The notes under the pieces were generated by a model. The model did no database searches. It saw only the letters and a program-made list of their open reading frames with translations, and was not told where the DNA came from. Below are positions 52,306-64,000 of a stretch of 64,000 nucleotides of DNA, in pieces. The stretch spans positions 86,676,001-86,740,000 of the forward strand of contig JANJGN010000016.1 in NCBI GenBank assembly GCA_026770705.1. The letters run 5' to 3'. Every line of letters starts with the position of its first letter. The stretch's first letter is position 1. The DNA comes from Isurus oxyrinchus. Lineage: Eukaryota. The position numbers and the translations under genes are program-made.

Positions 52306-52540
52306 TCCTCCTATCATGTGCAATGACCTTTTATGTGACACCTTATCAAATGCCTCCTGCAAATCCAAATACACGACATCTACCAGTTTCCCCTTATCAA
52401 CTCTGCTTGTTACATCCTCAAAGAACTCTAGCGAATTTGTCAAACCTGATTTCCCTTCACAAAACCATGTTGTCTCTGTTTGATTGCTTTAAGCTTGTCT
52501 AAATGTCCTGCTATTTCTTCCTTAATAATGGACTCTAGCT
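52306..52540 (-). mobile_element. CR1 RT fragment
   Basis: LESIIKEEIAGHLDKLKAIKQRQHGFVKG...TNSLEFFEDVTSRVDKGKLVDVVYLDLQEAFDKVSHKR. Confidence 0.92.
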
Positions 52541-53480
52541 CTGCCTTAACGGTCACCGGTAGGACCACCCACCCTTCCCCCACCCCCACTAAAACCCCAG
52601 CCATGACAGAGCTTTCACAAAGGGGGTTGGATCTGAATGAGTGCTGGAAGGTGATATCAGCCTGAGTCAGGGCCCTGTCAAACTCAATCCTTTGGATTAG
52701 AGCACAGCCCGAAATTACTCTACTGGAATAACATGGATCAGGAAGATGTGCCAAGCCTGAACCTATCAGCTGCGAGGCCTGGAGGTCTTTGGGGCATGAG
52801 GCATATGCACTTTGGACGTAGCCCATTTACAGTTGGATCCTTCTGAGCTTTGCACTTTCCTACGAGAGGGGCAAAGGGTCATTGGAATCCAATCCAATCA
52901 TGGCGTCAATCCCCATTGGTTCTCATAGGAATGTGCACCATGGGTGAAGGTGCCTGTTCATGGTTCCACTCTCTTTACCCTCCGGCAAGTTAAGCCAACT
53001 CCCTTCAACTTATTGTTAGCTTAAAGCCTCGACTAAAAGAGATTCTAAGCATTAAAGTAATAGTCTGAGACTGGGCCTCAAATACAAGTCCTCTCCTCCA
53101 GGAGTCTCCAAGCCCACAAAATAGTCTGAGGATGGGACATACATTGAGGCCTGTCTTAGTCAACCAGCGTTTCAATGTTTTCCAATATCAGCTCCTAGAA
53201 ATCTGACGAAGACTTCTAGAGTTGTGAATTTATGTGGATTCTGGAGGTAAGAAATATTTCAGATTACATGTTCTATATGCTTCAAGAACATATACATTTT
53301 ATTGAAGCCCATTATAGGTGATAGCTTATACTTGAAGTTATAAATGATAACCAAAGCTAAGCATCACGTCAATAATGTCGTCTTAAATACATGAAATTTA
53401 TATATCCACCTTATCAGCAAATATTGTTGGAAAACTCAAACAAACAGCAACAATGAAGAAAGATATTTACTCATGAATTC

Positions 53481-53805
53481 CAGATGGTTTTATTGAATGT
53501 TGATGTTTCTGTCTCAACCCAGGGGGATTCTCAAAATTGAACTTTGACCCTTTATGTCCAAAGATGGCCGACTGACCTAAGTCTGATGGGGTTATTTTAA
53601 AGACAGTGTCTGCAGATGTGAAACAAGCTTCCTTTGTCTGCTGGACATGCGTCTTTTTGAGGAGAAAGTTCAGCTGAATTAAAATCCAGCTTCCATTCTG
53701 CTTTGTTTCTTCAGGAAAACACATTTCTTATCACATGTGAGGTTATTTCGGAAAACACTTGTTCCTGTCTAGAGAAAGCCCAGCTGTATGACACGCTTCC
53801 AGCTG
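53481..53805. promoter_or_regulatory. E-box-dense candidate distal 3' enhancer
   Basis: CANNTG at 53481, 53613, 53671, 53732/53734 (palindrome TCACATGTGA), 53756, 53781 and 53800; kB-like GGGGATTCTC at 53523. Motif evidence only. Confidence 0.45.
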
Positions 53806-54229
53806 TAAACTACCTCAAGCTCTTCTGTATTAGCTGGCTCTGTGGCTAGAATCCAAATCCTGCAGCCATATTCCTCAATTTTTTATGTCAAATTGTTCTT
53901 TCCACTTATATTTTCCTATTAATGCTAATTAGCAATTCACATTTTAACCTTTTAGATTCCCCATCAAATGAGAGATTTCCGGAACAAGCCCAAATCCTCC
54001 AATTGGTGTTTGAATCTAGCTAACATGTCCCAGCAGAGCCTTGCTCTCCATGTCCTGAATGGCTCATTATTCGGGAGCCCCGTCAATCAGCCCAAAAGTG
54101 CAGTCGTTGGCTCCTCCCACACGCCCTCTGACCCCTCCCCTGGCCATTGTTTTCAGACCTAATTATTCACCTGGGTCACTGGGTCACTTTGGGAAATGGT
54201 GGTGCTCAGGTTTTACCCTGAGACCAACT

Positions 54230-57200
54230 TCCAACACCCCCGGCATCACCCACATTCCCCATCCCCGTCATCACCCACCACCTCACCCCCGGCATCACCC
54301 ACCCCACCACCCCCGGCATCACCCACCCCACCACCCCCGTCATCACCCACCCCCTTCACCCCCGGCATCACCCACCCCACCACCCACAGCATCACCCACC
54401 CCACCACCCCTGTCATCACCCACCCCCTTCACCCCCGGCATCACCCACCCCACCACCCCCGGCATCACCCACCCCACCACCCCCGGCATCACCCAACCAT
54501 CAACCCCGGCCTCACCCACACCCCCACCATCGGCATCACCCACACCCCCACCCCCGGCAAACCCACCCCACCACCCCCGTCATCACCCACCCCCTTCACC
54601 CCCGGCATCACCCACCCCACCACCCCCGGCATCACCCACCCCACCACCCCCGGCATCACCCAACCATCAACCCCGGCCTCACCCACACCCCCACCATCGG
54701 CATCACCCAGGCCCTCACTCCCGGCATCACCCACACCCCCACCCCCGGCATCACCCAGCCCCCAACACCCGGCATCACCCACAGCACCACCCCCGGCATC
54801 ACCCACGCCCCCACCCATGGCTTCACCCACCCAAAACCTCACCCCTGGCATCACACACCCCCATACCTGGCATCACACACCACCTCACTCCCGGCATTAC
54901 CCACACCTTCACCTCCGGCATCACCCCCCCATCCCACCCCCGGCATCACCAACCATGTCACCCGCGGCATCACCCACCATCTCAGCCCCGGCATCATCAC
55001 CCACCCCACTGCCAGCATCACCCACCCCTGGCATGACCAATTTCCCCACCCCCGGCATCACCAACACCCCCAACCTCCGGCATCATTCACCCCCGGCAAC
55101 ACCCACCCACCTCCAGCAACACCCACCAACCCCACCCTCGGCATCACACAACCCCTGACCCCTGGCTTCACCCAACACCCCACAACCCTGGCATCACCCA
55201 CCACCCCACTCCCGGCATCATAAATCCCCTCCACCCCCAGCATCACCCACCCCCCAAACACTGCCATCACCCATCCCCGGAATAATCCACCCCCCCTACC
55301 CCCGGCATCACCCACACCCTCACTGCCAGCAACACCCACACCGCCAACACTGGCATCACCCACCCCACCACCACCGGCATTACCCAAAACCCCCAGGCCC
55401 ATCCCCACTCGTGGCAACAACCACACACCCTACCCCGGCATCACCCAACCCCTCACGCCCGTCCTCACCCACTGCCCCAAACCTGGCAACATCTAACACA
55501 CCATCTATGGCATTACCCAATCCATCACCCCCAGCATCATACAAACCCCCCACCCATGGGTCCCTCACCCACCATCCCGCCATCACCAACACCCCCACCC
55601 TCAACATCAACCATGCCCCCACCCCTGGCATCACCCATCCCCCCTTATCCCAGGCATCACCCACGCCCACAACCCTGGCATCACCCACCCCCTACACCCC
55701 CAGCCTCACCTATTCCCCCATCCCCGGCATCACCCACACCCCCCACCCCTGGCATCACCCACCCCCTACATCCCCGGCATCAGCCAAGCCCTCAACACCG
55801 GCATCACCCACAAAACCCAACCCCACTCCCGGCATCATCCACGCCCCCTACTCCGGCATCACCCTCCCCCTCACTCCCAGCATCACACACCCCACCAACC
55901 CTTGGCATCACCCACTATCTCAGGCCCCACATCACCACCCCCCCCAACCCTGGCAACACCCAACCCCACCCGCAGCACCAGAATCACCCACCCGCAGCAT
56001 GACCCATCGCCCCACCCCTGGCAACACCCACCACCCCACCCCCAGCATCACACACCCCTTAACACCTGGCTTCACCCATGACCCCATTCCTGGCATCATA
56101 AATCCCCCCCACCCCTAGCATCACCCACACCCTAAACACTGCCATCACCCACCCCGGCATCATCCACCCCCACTACCCCTGGCATCACCCACCAGCCCCA
56201 CAATCCGCATCACCCACCCCCTCACCGCCAGCAGCACCCACACTCCCAACACTGGCATCACCCACTCTGCCCCCCCACTCCTGGCATCACCCACAACACC
56301 ACCACCGGCATCACCCACAAACCCCCACCCACACTCCCGGCATCACCCACCCCACCAACCCAGGGATCACCCACTCCCGGCATCACCCACCCCACCATCC
56401 CTGGCATCAACCACCCCACCCACAGCCCCTGGCATCACCTAACCACACCCCCACCAACGGCATCACCCACCCCCTGACCCCGCCATCACCAACACCACCA
56501 TCCTCGGCATCAATCACCCCCTCACCCCCGGCATCACACACCCCACCACCTACGGCATCACCCACCCTCAGCATCACACAACCCCTCACCACCGGCATTA
56601 CCCACCCCCCCATACAAGGCATCACCACTCCCCCCACCCCTGGCATCACCCAACCCCTCACCCCAGGCAACACCCACCAGCCCCACACCCAACATCACAC
56701 ACCACCTCACCACTGGCTTCAACAAACACCCCACCCCACCAGCATCACCCACTCCCCCACTCCCAGCATCACCCACCATCCCATTCCCGGCATCACACAC
56801 CCCCTCACCCGGGGCATCACATACCCCCTCACCCACGGCATCACCCCCCCCCACCCCCGGCATCACCCACACCTCCACCGCCGGCATCACCCACTCCCAC
56901 ACCCCTGGCATCACTCAAACCCTCACCCCAGCATCACCCACCCCCTCACTACTGGCATCACCCCAGCAACACCCACGCCCCCTCCCCCGGCAACACCCAC
57001 CACCCCCACACCCTGCATCACACACCCTCTCACCCCTGGCTTCACCCACCAAACCACTCCCACCATCATAAATCCCCCCACCCCCAGCATCACCCACCGC
57101 CCCCACCCACCGCATCACCCACCCCCTCACCGCCAGCAACACCCACACCCCCATCACTGGCATCACCCACCCCCACCCCACTCCCAGCATCACCCACATC

Positions 57201-60200
57201 ACCACCACCGGCATCATCCACAACCCTCACCCCCACTCCCGGAATCACCCACCCCACCAACCCTGGCATCACCCACTCCAGGCATCACCCACCCCCCTAC
57301 CCACGGAATCACCCACCTCCCCCACCCCCGGCATCACCCACCCCCCACACCTCCGGCATCAGCCAAGCTCCCAACACCGGCATCACCCACAACACCCAAC
57401 CCCACTCCTGGCATCACCCACACCCCCTATTCCGGCATCACCCACCCCCTCACTACTGGCATCACACACCCCACCAGCCCCGGCATCAGCCACCCCCATC
57501 ATCACACAACCCCTCACCACCGGCATTACCCACCCCCCCATACCAGGCATCACCAATCGCCTCACCCCCGGCATCACCCACCGCCTCACCCCAGGCAACA
57601 CCCACCAGCCCCACACCCAACATCACACACCACCTCACCACTGGCTTCACCAAACACCCCACCCCACCAGCATCACCCACTCCCCCAACCCCAGCATCAC
57701 CCACACCCCCAACACTGGCATCACCTACACACCCCACTCCCAGCATCACCCAACACCCCAACCCGGCATCACCCACAACCCCCACCTCTGCCATTACCCG
57801 CTCCCCCACCCCCGGCAACAACCACCCCACCATCCCCGGCATCAACCACCCCCCCACACCCCTGGTATCACCCAACCACACCCCCACCCACGGCATCATG
57901 CATCCCCTCACCCCCAGCATCACCCAACACCCCACCTACGTCATCACTCACCCCCTCAACCCTGGCATCACACGCCCCACTAGCCCCTGCATCACCCATC
58001 CCCAGCATCACACGACCCCTCACCACTGGCATTACACTCCCCCCATACCAGGCATCACCACACCCCCCAACCCCGGCATCACCCACCCCCAAACCTCTGC
58101 CATTACCTGTACCCCCACCCCCGGCATCACCCAGCCCCCCATCCCTGGCACTAAACACCCCCCAACACCCGGCATCACCCAATCCCCTACACCAGGCATC
58201 ACCCACGCCCACAACACCGGCATCACTCACACCCTCATCCCCGGCATCACCCACAACCTGCCCCAGGCATCACCTATTCCCCCACTCCCGGCATCACCCA
58301 CACCCCCTACTCTGGCATCACCCACCCCCTCACTAGTGACATCACACACCCCACCAGCCCCGGCATCAGCCACCCCCATCATCACTCAACCCCTCACCAC
58401 CAGCATTACCCACCCCCCCAAACCAGGCATCACCAATCGCCCCACCCCGGCATCAACCACCCCCTCACCCCAGGCAACACCCACCAGCCCCACCCCCAAC
58501 ATCACACACCACCTCACTACTGGCTTCACCAAACACCCCACCCCACCAGCATCATCCACTCTCCCACTCCCGACATCACCCACCAGCCCCCGACCCCAGC
58601 ATCACCCACACCCCCAACACTGGCATCACCTACACACCCCACTCCCAGCATCACCCACCCCACCTCCTCCGGCATCAACCACCCCCCCCCCCACACCTGG
58701 CATCACTTAGCCCCCCACCCATGGCATTATCCAGGCCCTTACCCCCGGCATCACCAACCCCAACCACCAGCATCACCCACACCCCCACCTCTACCATTAC
58801 CTGTACCCCCACCTCCGGCATCATCCAGCCCCCCATCCCCGGCACTAAACACCCCCCAACACCCGGCATCACTCACACCCTCATCGCCGGCATCACCCAC
58901 AACCTACCCCAGGCATCACCTATTCCCCCACACTCGGCATCACCCACCATCCCATCCCCGGCATCACCCATGCCCTCAATCCCAGCATCACGATTCACGT
59001 CATCCCCGGCATCACGCACCCCCCCACCCCCGGCATCACCCACCACCTCCACCCCCGGCATCACCCTTCCTCACATCCCTGGCATCAATCACCCCCTCCC
59101 CCACCACCGGCATCACCCATCCACACCCGCACCCACGGCATCACCCACACCCTCACCCCCTGCATCACTCAAACCCCCACCCCGGCATCACACAAACCCT
59201 CACACCTGGCCTCACCCAACCCCGTACACCCGACATTACCCACCACCCCATACCCGGCATCACCCATCCCTCACCCATGGCATCACACCCCCCCCAACCC
59301 CAGGCATCACACCCCCCACCCCCGGCATCACCTACCATCTCAGCCCCGGCATCCACCAGCCCCTCACCCCCGGCATCATACACACCGTCACCACGACATC
59401 ACCCACACCCCCACACCTGGCATCACTCAAACCCTCACCACGGCATCACCCAACACCCCAACCCGGCATCACCCACAACCCCCACCTCTGCCATTACCCG
59501 CTCCCCCACCCCCGGCATCAACCACCCCACCATCCCCGGCATCAACCACCCCTCCACACCCCTGGTATCACCCAACCACACCCCCACCCATTGCATCACG
59601 CATCCCCTCACCCCCAGCATCACCCAACACCCCACCTACGTCATCACTCACCCCCTCAACCCCGGCATCACACGCCCCACTAGCCCCTGCATCACCCATC
59701 CCCAGCATCACACGACCCCTCACCACCGGCATTACACTCCCCCCATACCAGGCATCACCACACCCCCCAACCCCGGCATCACCCACCCCCAAACCTCTGC
59801 CATTACCTGTACCCCCACCCCCGGCATCACCCAGCCCCCCATCCCAGGCACTAAACACCCCCCAACACCTGGCATCACCCAATCCCCTACACCAGGCATC
59901 ACCCATGCCCACAACACCGGCATCACTCACACCCTCATCCCCGGCATCACCCACAACCTGCCCCAGGCATCACCTATTCCCCCACACTCGGCATCACCAC
60001 ACCCCCCAACTCCGGCATCACCCACCCCCACACCTCTGGCACCACACACACCCCCCACCCCCAGCCTCACCTGTTCCCCCACTCCCGGCATCACCCACAC
60101 CCCCTACTCTGGCATCACCCACCCCCTCACTAGTGACATCACACACCCCACCAGCCCCGGCATCAGCCACCCCCATCATCACTCAACCCCTCACCACCAG

Positions 60201-63200
60201 CATTACCCACCCCCCCAAACCAGGCATCACCAATCGCCCCACCCCGGCATCAACCACCCCCTCACCCCAGGCAACACCCACCAGCCCCACCCCCAACATC
60301 ACACACCACCTCACCACTGGCTTCACCAAACACCCCACCCCACCAGCATCATCCACTCTCCCACTCCCGGCATCACCCACCAGCCCCGACCCCAGCATCA
60401 CCCACACCCCCAACACTGGCATCGCCTACACACCCCACTCCTGGCATCACCCACCCCACCACCTCCGGCATCAACCACCCCCCCACACCTGGCATCACCT
60501 AAACCCCCCCACCCAAGGCATTATCCAGGCCCCCACCCACGGCATCACCAAACACCAACCACCGGCATCACCCAAACCCCTACCTCTGCCATTACCCGCT
60601 TCCCCCCGCCGGCATCACCCACCCTCCCATCCCCGGCATCACCTATTCCCCCACCCCCGGCATCACCCACCATCCCATCCCCGGCATCACCCACCCCCTC
60701 AACCCCAGTATCACGCACCACGACACCCCAGGCATCACCCACCCCCCACCCCCGGCATCACCCATCCACACCCGCACCCACGGCATCACCCACACCCTCA
60801 GCCCCGGCATCACTCAAACTCCCACCCTGGCATCACACAAAGCCTCACACCTGGCCTCACCCAACCCCGCACACCCGACATTACCCACCACCCCATACCC
60901 GGCATCACCCACCCCCTCACCCACGGCATCACACCGCCCCAGCCACGGCATCACTCACCATCTCAGCCCCGGCATCAAACAGCCCCTCACCCCCGGCATC
61001 ACACACACCCCCAACACTGGCATCACCTACACACCCCACTCCCGACATCACCCACCCCACCACCTCCGGAATCACCCATTCCCCAACACCCGGCATCACC
61101 TCGCCCCCCCCCCCACCCAAGGCATTATCCAGGCCCCCACCCAGGGCATCACCCAACCCCAACCACCGGCATCACCCACACCCCCAACTCTGCCATTACC
61201 CGATCCCCCACCCCCGGCATCACCAGCCCACCATCCTCGGCATCAAACACCAGCCTACCGCAGACTTCACCTACGCCCACAACCCCGGCATCACTCATCC
61301 CCCACCCCCGGCATCAACCAGCCCCCCACCACCGGCATCACCTATTACCCCGCCCCCGGCATCACCCACCCCCCTACCCCAGGCATCACCATGGCCACAA
61401 CCCCGGCATCACCCACACCCCCTACCCCGGCATCATCCACCCCCTCACACCCATTCCCCGATCCCGGGCATCACCCAACACCCCATCTCCAGCATTACCC
61501 ACTCCATCACCCCCGGCATCGCACATCCCTCCACCCACGGATCCCTCACCCACCACACCCGGCATAACCAACACCCCCACCCCTGGCATCACCCACCCCC
61601 TACCTCCGGCATCACCCATGCCCACAAACCAGGCATCAGCCACCCACCCCACCCCCGGCAGAACCTATTGCCCCACCCCTGGCATCACACACCCCCTCAC
61701 ACCCGCCATCACACACTCCCCCCACCCCCGGCCTCACCTATTCCCCCATACCCGGCATCACCCACCCCCTCCACCCCCACAATCAGCCAAGCCCTCAACC
61801 CCAGCATCACCCACAACACTCACCCCCACTCTCGGCATCACCTACACACTCACCCCCGGCATCACCCACTCCCCCACTTCCGGCATTAAAAACTCCCTCA
61901 ACCATGGCATCACCCAACCCCCACCCACGGTTCCCTCACCCACACCCAGCATCAGCCACCCTCCCAAACCTGGCATCAACCACCCCTGGCATCACCCACC
62001 AACCCCACCCCTGGCATCACCCACATCCTCACCCCCAGCAACACCCACACCCCCAACACTGGCATCACCCACCCACCCCCGGCCTCACCCACCATCTCAG
62101 CCCCAGCATCACCCACCCTCTCACCCCTGGCATCACCCACACCCCCACCTCCGGCAACACTCACCACCACCAACACTGGCATCACATATCCCCTCCCCCC
62201 TGGCTTCACCCAACTCCCCACAACACCGGCATCACCCACCACACCCACCCTCAGCATCACCCACCCCCTCACTGCCAGCAACACCCACTCCTCCAACACT
62301 GGCATCACCCACTCCTGGCATCACCCAACACCCCCACCCTCAGCATCATCCACCTCCTCACCGCCAGATACACCCACCCCGCCAACACTGGAATCACCCA
62401 CCTACCCCCCCCCCCCCCGACTCCCAGCATCAACCACATCACCACCACCACCGGCATCACCTACAACGCCCACCCCCACCCCTGTCATCACCCATCATCT
62501 CATCCCCAGCAACACCTACACCCGCAACACTGGCATCACCCACCCACCCCACCCCCGACATAACTTATTGCCCCATTCCTGGCATCACTCACCCCCCCCC
62601 ACATCTGGCATCACCCACCCAAAACCCCAAGCATCACCCACACCCTCACCCCCGGCATCACACACTCAGTCACACTCGACATCACCCGCCCCTCCAACCC
62701 CAGCATTATCCACACCCTCACCCCCGGCATCACCCGCCCCTCCAACCCCGGCATAACCCACGGCTCCACACCTGGCATCACCCACCCACCCCCCAACCCA
62801 CGGCATCACTCACCCCCTCATCCCTGGCATCACTCAAACCCCACCCCAACATCACCCGGACCCTCACTCCCGGCATCACACACCCCACCGCCCCCGGCAT
62901 CACCCAACCCCGCACCCCCGACATTACCCAACACCCCATACCTGGCATCACACACCACCTCACCCCCGGCATCACACACCACCTCACCCCCGGCTTCACC
63001 ACCCCCCCCACCCCCGGCATCAGCCACCATCTCCCCCCGGCATCACCCACACCCGGCTTGACCCATCGCCCCATCCCCGGCATCACCAACCCCCCCAACC
63101 TCCGGCATCATTCACCCCCGGCAACACCCACCCACCCACCTCTGGCAACACCCACCACCACCAACACCGGCATCACATATCCCCTCTCTCCTGGCTTCAC

Positions 63201-64000
63201 CCAGCACCCCACAACCCTGGCATCACGCACCCTCAGCATCACCCACCCCCTCACCGCCAGCAACACCCATCCCCCAGCACTGGCATCACCCATCCCCAGC
63301 ATCACCCACCACCCCCACCTTCAGCATCACCCACCCCCTCACCGCCAGCAACACACATCCCCCCAACACTGGCATCACCCATCCCCAGCATCACCCACGC
63401 CACCCACCCCTGGCATCACCTAGCACTCCACCCACGGCATTATCCAGGCCCCCTTCCATGGCATCACCCAACCCCAACCACCGGCATCACCCACACCCCC
63501 ACCACTGGCATTACCCACTCCCCCACCCTCGGCATCAACCAACGCCCCTTACCCCCGGCATCACTCAACCACACCCATACCCACGGCACCACCCACCCCC
63601 TCAACCCCGGCATCACTCAAACACCCACCCCGGCATCACACAAATACTCACTCCCGGCATCACCCACCCACCCACCCATGGCATCACCTAGCACCCCACC
63701 CACGGCATTATCCAAGCCCCCACCCATGGCATCACCCAACCCCAACCACCGGCATCACCCACACCCCCATCACTGGCATTACCCACTCCACCACCCCCGG
63801 CATCACCCAGCCCCCCATCCTCGGCATCAACCAACACCCCTTATCCCCGGCATCACCCAACCACACCCCTACCCACGGCACCACCCACCCCCTCAACCCC
63901 GGCATCACTCAAACACCCACACCGGCATCACACAAACACTCACTCCCGGCATCACCCACCCAGCCACCCACGGCATCAACTAGCACCCCACCCACGGCAT
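54230..64000. repeat. Degenerate ~24-bp C-rich tandem array (core CCCGGCATCACCCAC), about 9.8 kb and running off the right edge
   Basis: The GGCATCACC core recurs about every 24 bp. A block duplication with 1700-bp offset is evident (ORFs 57868/59568 and 58032/59732). Confidence 0.95.

Noticed and set aside
54059-63983. Long Pro/His/Thr-rich ORFs (up to 1172 aa) as mucin, extensin or histidine-rich proteins
   Set aside because: Overlapping ORFs in all three + frames are expected from T-poor C-rich repeat lacking stop codons. There is no signal peptide, domain or splice structure.

Overview
Vertebrate genomic DNA, almost certainly from a cartilaginous fish (shark), judged from the repeat families and the Ig sequence. 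About 75% of the window is tandem repeat: a ~27 kb 36-bp satellite with nested higher-order duplications (1-26874), two long C-rich/G-rich arrays (28-bp at ~38700-47558; ~24-bp at 54230-64000) and three minisatellites (55, 44 and 45 bp). Most of the rest is decayed retroelements (CR1, L2, Penelope, SINE) and Harbinger-like DNA transposon remnants. The only host gene I can support is one intact immunoglobulin light-chain constant exon of the kappa (shark type III/NS4-like) class at 35670-35998 (+). It has a phase-1 splice acceptor and downstream polyA signals. I found no V or J segment or canonical RSS anywhere in the window, and an assembly gap lies at 32452-32594. Nearly all ORFs in the supplied track are translation artefacts of tandem repeats. 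Best leads: an apparently V/J-less C-kappa island among satellites; candidate B-cell enhancer modules (PU.1/IRF composite element, E-box plus octamer inside a CR1 relic, a dense distal E-box cluster); a 9 kb array carrying U1-complementary 5' splice-site consensus; a 23-RSS-like geometry in the 36-bp satellite; and a decayed Penelope hammerhead ribozyme. The regulatory and functional ideas are hypotheses from motifs read by eye, not demonstrated systems.
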